Both the position numbers and the translations under genes were made by a program. Shown one piece after another: positions 25,310-37,167 of a DNA stretch of 64,000 nt. The stretch comes from Torpedo marmorata (taxonomy: Eukaryota), in contig OZ360238.1 in the NCBI GenBank assembly GCA_977017645.1, positions 42,966,001 through 43,030,000 on the forward strand, given 5' to 3'. Within the stretch, counting starts at the first letter, position 1. Each line of letters opens with the position of its first letter. The notes under the pieces were generated by a model, which saw nothing but the letters and a program-made list of their open reading frames with translations, ran no database searches and was not told the DNA's origin.

Positions 25310-25644
25310 CTGTGAGGGGCTAATGGAACCTTTACCTTTAATTCTATTTGTCACACTTTGCATGAAATGCACCTCAATGTACCAATGTCAGTGAGATATT
25401 AGGAGTAAGATTTATGATCAGTAAAAGTGGCGTGGGTTGCAAACCTATTTAGGTGTTTAATTTTTAAGAGTGACATTCATCAAAATAAGTTGTAGCTTTA
25501 AACCCAAATAAGTACCAGCATATTATTGAAATTGAAAATGAACAATGCAAGACATTTGGGGCTATTGAAATGTTTCTCTTTGTCCATTAACTGACCAATT
25601 CATTCTCCAGTCCTGCCAATGGAGAGAAACACAGCAAAATCCAC

Positions 25645-25742
25645 ATTCAGTGAAGGTCCCAGGCCTGAAATGTTGGTCAGTCTTTTCTACCTATGGATGC
25701 TGCGTGACCTGCTGAGTTTCTCCAGCATGTTTGTGCATTGCA
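25645..25742 (+). mobile_element. Penelope terminal-repeat fragment with decayed hammerhead motif
   Basis: tgaaggtcccaggcctgaaatgttggt...ggatgctgcgtgacctgctgagtttctccagca. Confidence 0.7.
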
Positions 25743-26115
25743 ATATCAACATTCACATCCCTTGATACTCAGAGACACTGAGCTCAGTTTTCAATGTTTT
25801 CTTAGGCAATGACTTATCCAGCAATAGAATGTAATGGCATGGGTAGGTTCCATTCAATCCATCAACTTTGCTTTAGTATTTTCCTACATTAATGTTCCCT
25901 CTTCAAGCCACTATTTAAATCACTTTTAAAAGAATTTGTGGGTGCTGTTTCAACAGCAGCTTAAGGCAGGGGTTTATATATTCTAACCAGGATGCGCATG
26001 AATAACTTTCTTCATGCTTCCTCATTAATCATTACCTTCAGTTTGCATGGGCAACCAATTTCATTATAATGAATGGAAGGTCATCTGATGAATGGTCTTT
26101 AACTGAAAAATTAAA

Positions 26116-26830
26116 GGTGGCACAGTGGTGCAGCTACCAGAGCAGTGTTTTCAAACTTTTTCTTTCCACTCACGTACCACCTTAAGTAATCCCTATGCCA
26201 TAGGTGCTCTGTGATTAGTAAGGGATTACCTAAAGTGGTATGTGAGTGGGAAAAAAAGGTTGAGAACCACTGCTCTAGACCCAATTGTTACTGAAATATT
26301 TTGCTTGAGAAAAATTGTCATTGGTCCATTTCCTTTGGAGTTATGAAACCGTGCACATAACGAGTCAATTAGGTACGATTAAAACAGTGGTTTTCAAACT
26401 TTTTCTTTCCACTCACATACCACCTTAAGTAATCCCTTACTAATCACAGAGCACCTATGGCATAGGGATTACTTAAGGTGGTATGTGAGTGGAAAGAAAA
26501 AGTTTGAAAACCACTATACTAGAGCTACTGCCTCAGAGCTTCAGTGACCCCAGTTCAATCCTGAACTCCAGTGCTATCTGTAGAGTTTGCACATTCCCCC
26601 TGTGAACGCCTTGATTTCCTACAACTGCTCTTTTTTCCTCCCACATCCCAAAAATGAGACGGTTAGTAAATTAATTGGTCAGTGCAAATTGTCTCTAGTA
26701 TGTGGATGGGGAGAAAAGTGAGGAGAATGATAAAAGGGACGAGTGCAGGATTAGCCTAAATGGCTGTTTAATTGTCGGTACGAACTTGGTGGGTTAACAA
26801 ACATGTTTGTGCTCTCCATGACTCTCTCTG
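26116..26830 (+). mobile_element. Old V-SINE interrupted by a MITE
   Basis: ggtggcacagtggtgcagcta | gagctactgcctcagagcttcagtgaccccagttcaatcctg...cctcccacatcccaaa. Confidence 0.8.
26143..26516. mobile_element. hAT (Charlie-like) non-autonomous DNA transposon, composite double palindrome
   Basis: CAGTG(G)TTTTCAAAC termini. 8-bp TSD TACCAGAG/TACTAGAG (26135-26142 and 26517-26524), resembling the NNCTAGAN target of Charlie elements. Confidence 0.9.
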
Positions 26831-26894
26831 AATCCGTTAACTTTGTTTCTCTCTTCATAAATGTTGAATATTTCCATTTTTTTGACTTCATATC

Positions 26895-27746
26895 AGAGTT
26901 AAAAATGGCGGCGCAGCCGGAGCCATTGTAACGGCAGCGTTTCCACTGGTGTGGAGAGCGGGGAGCGGAGATGCAGCGCTCCCGTGGGGTACAACCGTCC
27001 AGTCAACTGCCGTCAGCTCCGCACAGGCTTTGAACGGCCCGTTAAAGGAGCCGACGGTAGTTTTATTTAAAATCCCGCGACCGCGGGGTCTGCGCCCAAG
27101 ATGGCAGCACCTCTGATTGGCAGCAGCCACGAGGGGTTGCAGACTCCAGGGGAGTGGAGGACTGGCGCAGGGCACCAGAAAACGGGGAGACCATCCCCCG
27201 TCTGAGAAGGAGAAGCAGAGGAGACGACCCACGGGACGGTGACCACGGCGGCGGACCAGTGAGGGGCTCTGCAGCTGAAAGACCAATGCATGCGGCGGGC
27301 TGCTGGCGACTCGAGGCGAGGAACCCGCGGAGGCTGTGGGCTGCTGGAGACTGCTGTCGGGAGACTCGTGCCGGGCTGCAGACTGCTGGAGACTGGCTCG
27401 AACTGGCTGAAGGGGTACCAGGTATCGGAACCGGGATGTGAGGGGGTGCCGAAGGCGCTGAAGGATTCCTGACCGTGTTGGAGGTTCGGATCTGGAGCTC
27501 GGGTTGCCAATGGTTTGGACTGGACTCTGTGTGGCTGCGGAGGCTGCGGAAGCGCTGGAGGCGAATCTACAGACACTGGGTGACTCTGGGGGGACTCTCT
27601 TTTGCTTCTCTTTCTCTGACTATAAGAGGCGCTTCAGGCAATTTCTGCCGATGGCGAATCTGTCTGCCTTACAGCAGGCAAAAGCAATTTCGTGTAATAT
27701 AACACTGTTTTATTGCATGACAATAAATTGAATCTTGAATCTTGAA
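26895..27746 (+). mobile_element. GC/CpG-rich non-coding retroposon with a LINE-type (ATCTTGA)n tail
   Basis: Starts aaaatggcggc and ends gacaataaattgaatcttgaatcttgaa. No RT motifs. The 3' half recurs at 55208-55530 on the - strand. Confidence 0.75.
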
Positions 27747-28249
27747 GATTTCTAGCATCCACAATTGTTTTGCTTTTCATTCCAGTTCACTGTTTTAATA
27801 TGCTTTACGTGAAATGCAGATATAAGGGAGAGGGAATAATATAGAAGTGAGAATTTACCTTTTCCTACAATCTTTTTCCACACCCTTGAGTTCCAGGGGT
27901 TATTTTGCATTTAGGTTTGAAGTGGGTGTAATGCACTCACTCTATGCAGGGAGTTATTTGATTTTTCAAAAATCCCGACTGATCTCTCAAACTTTGGCTT
28001 TTGTATCAATAGGGCCTTGTCTCCATCTCCCACTTCTGTTGAGGGGGTATGATGGAGGATCTGAAATGTTCACAGTCGTCTATTGCTCTGATTCATTGGA
28101 TCTTGTGAAACCCTTTCCCATCTCTAGATTATTAACCATCTGTGAAATTAGGTGGGAAAATGTCAGGCCATTTCCTTATATGTCCATGTGAATTGTTCAT
28201 TGAATTGTTTATTGTCACGGGTGAAAAATACAGTGAAAAACTTTATTTT

Positions 28250-28831
28250 CAGAATCAGAATCAAATCAGAATTTATTGTCATGAGCAAGTCATGAAATTC
28301 GGTGTTTTGCGGCAGCATCATAGTGCAATTAACATTCGTATTATAACCATCTTACTATAAAAAATTATAAATAATAGTGCACGAAAAGTAAGGCAGTGTC
28401 TTTGGTTCATTGGTTATTCAGGAATCTGATGACAGCGGGGAAGAAGTTGTCCTTGTGCCGTTGAGTGCTCGTCTTTAGGCTCCTGTACCTTTTTACCGAT
28501 GGTAGCAGAGTGAAGAGGGCATGGCCTGGGTGGTGGGGGTCTTTGAGGATAGAGGCTGCTTTTTTAAGACACCGCCTCATGTAGATGTCCTCGATGGAGT
28601 GAAGTTTGGTGCCTGTGATGTCACAGGCCGAGTTAACAACCCTCTGGAGTTTAACTCTTGTCCTGGGTGTTGGCGCCTCCATACCAGGCAGTGATGCAAC
28701 CAGCCAGAATGCTCTCCACGGTACACCTGTAGAAGTTTACGAGAGTCTTCGGTGACATACCGAATCTCCTCAGACACCTCACAAAGTATAGCCGCTGACG
28801 AGCCTTCTTTGTGATTGCATCAACGTGGAGG
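28250..28831 (-). mobile_element. Rex1/Babar-like LINE 3' fragment, (ATTCTG)n-tail family
   Basis: RRCLKKAASILKDPHHPGHALFTLLPS..RYRSLK; cagaatcagaat tail. Confidence 0.92.
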
Positions 28832-29974
28832 CATGTTATCCAGGCAAATCAACCTATCATTGAGTACTACCGGTAGTACAATAAAACAAAACTGCAGAGA
28901 ATAACGTTACAGAGAAAAAGCTTAATTAATTAAGTGCAAGGGAAGCATCATTTGAGAGGTCCATGCAGTAGGCAAAATGTTGGGGATGGTTTGAGCTCCA
29001 TCTCAGACCAACAACGGGATGTGTGTTTTGTTTCGGTGGGTATTTTATTTTGAGAGCTTTCATTTTTTTGTCGCCAAATTTGCAACCTTGCTTTACATAT
29101 TGCTTGTTTATTATATTATCAATATTTGTCTTCCTTGTCTGCGCAGCACACCACCTATAACAAACACAAGGATCACCAGCGGTTCCAGGACTGCGGGTCT
29201 TCAAGGCAGAATAACAGTGGAAGCTGCAGAACAGTTCAAAGTTACACCCAACTTTTGTGACCTGGCTTTGGTTGAGATGGGATGATAGGAAATTCTGATG
29301 AAAATAAATTGGAAAACTAATTCTGCCTCTTTTGCCCCAGATCTAATATTTCCATTTTCTAAAATTTTATTGGAAGTACCCCTGGGTGACAAACAATGAG
29401 CAGATACAATCTTTGATCTACAGTTGACCGGATTAAAACGATGCCTGTTGGTATTGTTGTAGGGACATTCTATTCATTTTAGTGTGCTTCAATGAGAGAA
29501 CTTCTTATTTCCATTCTTAATCACTAAAATAATCCCAATAAATCAAGGAAAGGTGAAGCCAGGATTGAGTTCAGATGAGTCATCATTCATTGTTGGATAG
29601 TCTGGTAATACTGACTCATCACATGCCAGTTCTGTGCACGAAGACCATGAAAGCATTCCTAAATTGGTAAACCAAGGGTTAAACTAGACAAAATAATGAC
29701 ACCACCACAGGGATTTGAGGAGTTCTTGACAGAGAAAGTTCTATTTATTCTTCTCAATTTTTGGAAGGATAAAAAAAGCTGGATTCTAATACCAGGAAGC
29801 CGCGATTCCCCTTCTGAAGTCTATGGTGTCTGCAGAAAGCATGTGGACTTCTATTGATGAATTAAGAGGACAGAAAATTGGCTAGTGGAATGCGCTCTCA
29901 ATTAGAATAGGTAATACAACTGCAGAGGAGAAACAATTTAAGAGAATTCATTGAATGGGGCTTTTCTTCCCAGA

Positions 29975-30290
29975 GGCATAGATAAGGTAAATGGTCATAG
30001 TAGGGGGCTCTAAACCCAGAGAGAATATACTTAAGGTGAGAGGGGAAAGGTTTAAAGGGGATCTGAGAGAAAACCTTTACACGCAGAGGATCGAGGGAAT
30101 ATGGAACGAGTCGCAAGAGGAAGTCATGGAAACAGGTACGTTCAAAAGACATGTAGACAGATACATGGATAGGAAATATTAAGAACGTTATGGGCCAAAT
30201 GCAGGCAAATAGAACAAGCTCAGGCATGCAACCTGGTGGGCATAGGTGAGTTGGGCTGAAGGGCCTGTTTTAATGCTGTATAACTGAATC
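29975..30290 (+). mobile_element. CR1 3' fragment
   Basis: KVRGERFKGDLRENLYTQR...WN; gggctgaagggcctgttttaatgctgta tail. Confidence 0.85.
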
Positions 30291-30399
30291 TATAATACAA
30301 GACAGGATACCAGTGGGATATTGAGAATTAGGAAACAGGAGGACTGAGGAAAGCATATGCATATCATCCTGAAAAGTAGCAGAACATAGGGAAAAGGAG

Positions 30400-30770
30400 A
30401 TTCAGAGGGTATATATGATACTTTACAGAGAATATGGACAGGGAGGTCATGTTACAAGTGTATAAACCACCTAATGGAGTACTGAGTGCAATGTCGTGCA
30501 TTACAGAAAGAATGTGTTAACACTCCGGAGAGGGTAAGGGAGAGATGTAAGAGAATGCTATTGGGTAGTAAAGCTCAGGTATGTTGGAAGATTGGTCTGT
30601 TTAGAGTTCTTTTGTTCAGAATAGATGAAGCAGAAAGGAGACTTAATGAAGGTGTATAAAATTATGAGAGGCCCAGACAGGGTTGGTGGGAACAATTTAT
30701 TTCCCTTAACAGATAGGTCAATGTTTGGGAGAGGTGGATGATGATGGGGTGGAAAGAGAATGGAACATTG
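30400..30770 (+). mobile_element. Highly decayed CR1 fragment
   Basis: ggagtactgagtgcaa...agggagacttaatgaaggtgtataaaattatgagaggc (LEYCVQ / RGDL.EVYKIMRG remnants). Confidence 0.6.
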
Positions 30771-32398
30771 GAAGTGAAAAGATAATGGGTGTATTTGGGT
30801 GTCACAGGCTCATGGGCTGGAAGGGCCTGTTACCGTGCTTTATCACTAAATCTAAAAGATGAAATAATAGACAAGAGGATGAAAGAAAGAAAAGCGTACC
30901 AAATGTTGGTTGGTTTTAAACTTTTAAACTAAATGAGTGAAAAACAGATAGAGTGGAAAAAAAACTCTCAGCAAACTGAATAACCTAAATGACGAATCAA
31001 TGTCATAACCTCTTAGCTTCAAACCGGGAAATGGGATTCATCTCATTGGCGCTGAATCATCCAACACGGTAATAATGGGCCCAATAGCCTGAGCTGAAAC
31101 ATTAACTTTGTTTATCTCTCAACAGATTCTGCCTGGCTCACTAAGTATTTCCAACATTTTCTTAATTCAGGGTTTCAAACTCGGCCGTAGTTTTTGTTTC
31201 TGGAGAACTCGTTGTGAGCAGGCTTGAACAGCAGAGGAGAATGTTTGAGGATAAACATTTTAAGTTTCACCCTTACCTGTAGCTGAGCATTTGTTTAGCC
31301 TCTTTCAGGTTGTATTGTCCATTCTTTGCTGCTGCATTGATATCATTGGCTGTGTTGAGCCTGGTGAGAAAAAGAAGACATTATATACTTCCAGCCTTGA
31401 CTTATCAGTCAGCAGTGAGTTGCAGTGAGTTTTTACTGTCCATTTCATAATGCTCAGTACTTTTTCAAAGTTCGTCGACTCTCACAATTGATTTATTTCA
31501 ACTTCTTGCCTCTTGCAATTCCTGAAGACTGGTGAACATTTTCAGAATTTTGCATGCTTACAAACTATACATTTAAATAATTATTTCAGGTTCAAGGGCA
31601 TGTTCACTTGCAACAAGTGATAGGGACGTCAAACTTTGGAAAACTGGAAAACATTTTGGCAACTATTTCACTACATCTAATTTAGGCTTGATATCCCACA
31701 AATTGAATGACCAAGGTGCGACAGTCAACTTCCATGATCAACACTTTCTTAATGTGATAGCAAAAAGTTGCTTTGTTTTGGCATCTTTAGCATGACTAAA
31801 TATCAGAGGACACTTAAATTCTATCAGACAAGATCTGACAAAACATTAGCCAAATTGTTTTGTTCCTAAGAATTGAACACATTGCACATTCTCCCAGTGA
31901 ACATGTAAGTGACCTCCGGATGCTATGTTCCTCCCGTTTCCCAAAGATGAGTGAGTCGGTACACCATTGTAAATTGCCCCTAATGTGTAGGTCAGTGGTG
32001 GAATCGGAGAGAATGCAGGAGAAATTAAATGGGACCAGAGTAAATGGATGGTTGATGATGGGTGCTTGATAATATGTGCAGACTTGATGGGCCAAAGAGC
32101 TAGTTTCAGCATTGCAAAACTCTCTGACATTGACGTGTTAGGAGTCCCGTAAAAGTCAGACTAGTAAGGTTGACAGATTTCCTTCTGTTAAAAAAATTAG
32201 TGAAGCAGATGGATTTTTAGAACAAGCCTTAATTCCATGGGCTTCAGGACTCAAACAAGGCCGTAAATTGTAAAGAGATTAAAATTGGGGTTTGGCTTAG
32301 GGTTAGGGGAATGCTCAAAAGACCACATATTGAGGGAGGAGTAAGATCAGGCATTTGAAATCAGTTTCTTTATTTTTTTAAAATTTGATTTAGAGAAG

Positions 32399-32660
32399 GG
32401 GGCAGCACGGTTAGCGTAGCAGTTAGTGCAACGCTGTTACAGCGCCAGTGATGGGTTTGAATCTGGCGCTGTGTATAAGGATTTCTACCTTCTCCCCGTG
32501 TCTGTGTGGGTTTCCACCAGGAGCTCCGGTATCCTCCCACCATTCAAATCGCACTGGGATTGTAGGTTAATTGGGTGTAATTGGGCGGCATGGGCTTATG
32601 GGCCGAGAGGGCCTGTTACCATGCTGTATGTCTAAATTTAAAATTTAAAATTTAAATTTA
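32399..32660 (+). mobile_element. V-SINE (HE1-like)
   Basis: ggggcagcacggttagcgtagcagttag head, V-domain, (TTTAAAA)n tail. Confidence 0.9.
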
Positions 32661-32930
32661 AATTAAAAAATTTAAAATTTATATTTAAGATACACCACGG
32701 TAACAGGCCCTTATGGTCCACGAGCCTGCAATGCCCAATTACAGCCATGTGTTCAATTAACCTGTTAACCCCATATGTCTTTGGAGCGTGGGAAGTAACT
32801 GGAGCACCTGGAGGAAACCCACGTGGTCAAAGGGAGAACGTACAAACTCCTTACAGACAGCGATGGATTCAAATCTGACTCACTGGCACTGTAATAGTAT
32901 TGTGCTAACCGCTACACTAACCATGCTGCT
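32661..32930 (-). mobile_element. V-SINE (HE1-like), tail-to-tail with the previous copy
   Basis: ggtaacaggcccttatggtccacgagcc...gtgctaaccgctacactaaccatgctgc. Confidence 0.9.
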
Positions 32931-33175
32931 TAAAAGGCAGCCTGCTAGACGTCACTGAGCAGAAGGGTACTGAATGGATGGAGTTTGGTGTTACTTTGAA
33001 TACAAGTGGTAGACTTTCAGTGCTCTTCAAGTATGAGGAGGGTACGTTAAAGGTTTCAACAGCAGATGAGCTCATCTGGACTGGGAGCAATATACAGCAG
33101 CTGATTAGCCTACCGTGTCACACATCATTGGATGTGGGAGGACACTGAAGCACCTCGAGGAAACCCACACAGTTG

Positions 33176-34310
33176 ATTTCAGATTTCAGATTTATTGTCA
33201 GAGTACATACATGACATCACATACAACCCTGAGATTCTTTTTCCTGTGGGCGCGGCAGAATTACCACTAATTGGTACTGCAAAAAAACTGTGCACAGCAT
33301 AAACATGTAAACAAACTAAGAACTGCAAACAGATAATGAATGTAAACAAACTGACTGTGCAATACAGAGAGAATAAAAAAGAAAATCAATAAAGTGCACA
33401 AGTAAGAGTCCTTAAATGAGTCTCTGATTGAGTTTGTCGTTGAGGAGTCTGATGGTGGAGGGGTAGCAGCTGTTCCTAAACCTGATGGTGCGAGTCTTGT
33501 GGCACCTATACATCTCTCCTGATGGCAGCAGCGAGAACAGAGCGTGTGCTGGGTGGTGTGGGTCTTTGATGATTGCGGCTGCTCTCCGACGGCAGCGTTG
33601 CCTGTAGATGTACTCAATAGTGGGGAGGGTTTTGCCTGTGATGTCCTGGGCTGTGTCCACTACATTTTGGAGGGATTTACGCTCAGGGGTATTGGTGTCC
33701 CCATACCAGATCATGATGCAGCCGGTCAGCACACTTTCCACCACACCTCTGTAGAAATTTGCCAGGGTTTCTGGTGTCATACCAAACCTCCACAAACTCC
33801 TGAGGAAATAGAGGTGCTGACGTACTTTCTTCATGATGTCATTGGTGTGTTGGGTCCAGGAAAGATCCTCCGAGATAGTGACTCCCAAGAACTTAAATTT
33901 GCTCACCCTCTCCACCTCTGATCCCCCAATGATCACTGGATTGTTTACCTCTGGCTTTCCTTTCCTGAAGTCAACAATCAGCTCCTTAGTTTTGGTGACA
34001 TTGAGTGCAAGGTTGTTGTTGGTGCATCATTCAGCCAATTTTTCAATCTCCATCCTGTATGCTGACTCATCCCCTTCCTTTATACAACCCACTACCGTGG
34101 TATCGTCGGCAAATTTGTAGATGGTGTTATTGTCATACCGAGCCACACGTAGGTGTAAAGTGAGTAGAGCAGGGGGCTAAGAATGCAGTCCTGTGGTGCT
34201 CCGGTACTGATGGAGATTGTGGAGGAGATGTTCTTATCAATCTTCACTGATTGTGGTCTGGAGGTGAGGAAATCTATGATCCAATTACACAGTGGGGTGT
34301 TAACTTCCAG
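33176..34310 (-). mobile_element. Rex1/Babar-like LINE 3' part inserted in a V-SINE
   Basis: [10 protein letters not shown] region, FKFLGVTISEDLSW, FYRGVVESVLTGCI; (agatttc)n tail. SINE halves at about 33100-33175 and 34322-34430. Confidence 0.93.
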
Positions 34311-34830
34311 CTCTTGGAGTAGCAGGGAGAATATGTAAACTCTACACTCAGTACTAGAGGTCAGAATTGAACTCGGGGTTTCTAGTGTTGTGAGGCAGTA
34401 GTTCTACCAGCTGCAATACAGTGCTGCCCCTGAGGTTGAGTAGAGGAGGGAGAAATAGTTGGTCTTAGTAATAGTTGAGGAAGTGTGCTTTGAAACTCAC
34501 TTAAGGATTAATAATAAGCATATAATAAATGGGAAGCAAATATGATCCCAAAGCATGTTTCACCTTGTAAAATAATCGCTGCTCCTGTATCTTAAGTCCA
34601 TTTTACTGGTTAATCTGTATCTACCTTCTTTCCATCAATGTCCAAATGTATATCATTCTCAGTCTCGAATATTTGGAATGTCTGTACATCCACAGACCTC
34701 CGTGGAAGAAACTTTCAAGGCTTTCCAACTGCAGGTAAAGAATCCTAAATGACCAGTTGACCTTGAGACTATAGAACCTTAGTTCCAAATTCTCTGGCCT
34801 GAGAAAACAATTTCCCACATTCTTTTGTCT

Positions 34831-34911
34831 TAGTGCTATCAGCTCTAAATTCCAGAGAGTGTATGCCAATTAGTGGTATCAACTCTAAATTCCAGAGCAT
34901 GTATGCCAATT
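34831..34911. repeat. 40-bp tandem duplication
   Basis: tagtgctatcagctctaaattccagagagtgtatgccaat / tagtggtatcaactctaaattccagagcatgtatgccaat. Confidence 0.95.
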
Positions 34912-35710
34912 CTAATCTCCCCTCAGCTGACCATCCCTTATTCCTGGATGAATCTGGTGAATTGACAAGGAAGTGTCTCCAAAGCCATCATATTCTACAA
35001 TCAGCATGGATACCAACATTTCACACTAGTCCATCCAATGTCCTGTACAGGTATTGCAAGACATCTTACCCTTTTTTCCTGCACTCTTGCAACAAAAGCC
35101 TATTTTCCTGATGGCTTGTTGTACCAGTGTAATGCCAAGTTTGTGAATAAATGGTTAAGCTTCAGAAAGTTGCCAGGGATAAATGAAGTTGTGGCTTGGG
35201 TATTCGTGACAGGGCCCAAAGGCAATGGAGTTCCCATCTCAGTACTTGCCTGAAGGAAACTTATGTTCCTGCAGGCTGTTGAGAGTTTTGACAATGTCGA
35301 GAAGGGAAGGGGTTGAGAGAGGCTGTGGTGAGGTGGAGCTCACTGTCACAGCACACATGAAGAAACAGGTGCTGTGTTTCCAGTCATGCTGCTGAGGTGA
35401 AGCACTTCTCCACAGGCGTGGGCCAGGGTTAGATCTGCAGGAAACATTGGAGGTGATGCTCTCGGAATAGAAAGGGAAGAGAAGGCATCAATGGCTACAT
35501 TTTGGTGGGAGGGGCATGCAACCAGGTGTCCGGCAGCAGAAACATGCTGAAAGTAAGGAATATAGTCCACTGTGATACATAAACCGTGGTTGCTGATAAA
35601 ACTCCTCAAACAGCTGGAAAATATTGAAAGGAGATTTTACAAGTTCAGGAGTTAATCTTTGGAGGAAAATTTAGTATTATTTCCCAAGGGAATGTGCAAG
35701 TCAAAAGCTT

Positions 35711-36182
35711 CAGAATCAGAATCAGAATTTATTGTCATGAACAAGTCATGAAATTCGGTGTTTTGCGGCAGCATCATAGTGCAAACATTCATATTATAAC
35801 CATTTTACGACATTGCTATATAAAAAAAAATAGTGTACGAAAAGTAAGGCAGTTCATTGATTATTCAGGAATCTGATGGCAGCGGGGAAGAAGCTATCCT
35901 TGTGCCATTGAGTGCTCGTCTTTAGGCTCCTGTACCTTTTTCCCGATGGAAGCAGAGTGAAGAGGGCATGCTCTGGGTGGTGGGGGTCTTTGAGGACAGA
36001 GGCTGCTTTTTTAAGACACCGCCTCATGTAGAGCTCCTCGATGGAGTGAAGTCTGGTGCCTGTGATGTCACAGGCTGAGTTAACAACCCTCTGGAGTTTA
36101 TTCTTGTCCTGAGAGTTGGTGCCTCCATACCAGGTAATGATGCAACCAGCCAGAATGCTCTCCACGGTACACCTGTAGAATT
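35711..36182 (-). mobile_element. Rex1/Babar-like LINE 3' fragment, (ATTCTG)n family
   Basis: FYRCTVESILAGCI...KDSFFPAAIRFLNNQ. Confidence 0.93.
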
Positions 36183-36446
36183 TTATGAGATATTGTAGGC
36201 TTTCTCTGATGATGTCTTGCATCTCTGATGATGTTGATGTCTGGCATTCGTTCTTACATTTGATCCATCGAGCCATTACTCCTGGATTTAGCTCGTTTTC
36301 TATCATACACTTTTCACCCTGGCTTTGTCCAGCTTTGTAGGTCCTGGCACCTTGCCGACTGGAAAAAATATCATGCCTTTGACTTCAGTTATTTGGGCTC
36401 TTTAATCAAAATAGCTGAGGTAAAGTTTAAAAATAAACCTTCATCT

Positions 36447-37167
36447 TTTTTTTCCAAAAATAAATTTAATTCACCATAAAATATTTACAAAAATGAAAAC
36501 CATTCAATGTCTTTTCACGTCCTTAGTGTCATATGCATACATTTCCATCAAAATACATTGTTACATTTGTTCTCTATTCAGCACCATTGCCATCACTGTG
36601 GAACTTTGTTGTTACCCTCCCCCCACTGTTGTTTGAGGGGTTTCCCCTCGGTCACAGCCCCTCAATGCCCAGTGACAGAAGGACTCGAGACTGTGATCCT
36701 TGTCCACAGCACCCTTGCGTTGGCTGCACCAAGCCTCAGTGCATCCCTCAGCACTGTTAACGTCCTGGAGGTAGTAGATGTCCTTCACCTCAAATTTGAA
36801 GCAGTCCATCAACACTTTCCTGACAAAAAAGTACTGGGAAAATGGGTTCCCTTCACTCATGCCCTTCACCGCCACCGTGACAGTGTTACATATTCTTTGT
36901 CCTCCTGAGGAATTAGTTTTTGTGGCTATCCTTGTGAGACAGGTGGAGGTAGCCTTACAGTGGAAAAAGGCATTAGATTGGTCCCCCAATCAGCATGGAT
37001 CCGCCCCAGCGTCAGCAGGACAGCCCACACCAGACCATCTCTTCCACTCCAACGCTCCTCCCAGGTATCTTTCTCTTCCTTCTTCATGCTACAGCTTCTC
37101 CCAGATCCAGTTGATCGGCTCACAGTGGACGAACTACACTTGATCTTAGCCAAAAGATTGAGAAGCA
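36447..37167 (-). mobile_element. U2 snRNA-headed, internally deleted Tx1 (Keno-like) retroelement
   Basis: 12-bp TSD aaaccttcatct (36435-36446 and 37168-37179); poly(A) end; U2-derived 5' end; ORF1-like NTVTVAVK...FFVRKVLMDCFKFEVKDIYYLQD followed by ORF2-end-like VLRDALRLGAANARVLW. Confidence 0.85.
37133..37166 (-). ncRNA. U2 snRNA 5' fragment (nt 4-37)
   Basis: Minus strand GCTTCTCAATCTTTTGGCTAAGATCAAGTGTAGT versus vertebrate U2 GCTTCTCGGCCTTTTGGCTAAGATCAAGTGTAGT, 31/34 identical. Confidence 0.93.

Noticed and set aside
26888-27731. Cluster of overlapping ORFs suggesting a host gene or CpG-island promoter
   Set aside because: Stop-poor GC-rich repeat with a LINE-type tail and a second copy at 55208. 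No recognisable protein.
34831-34911. 40-bp direct repeat as a TSD or regulatory array
   Set aside because: An adjacent two-copy duplication with nothing between the copies, most simply replication slippage.
35100-35620. Possible very old Penelope RT remnant
   Set aside because: Only a vague resemblance (MGTP.GP-like), too degenerate to support.
37133-37166. Functional U2 snRNA gene
   Set aside because: Only nt 4-37 are present, with no Sm site or 3' stem-loops, and it lies inside a TSD-flanked retroposon.
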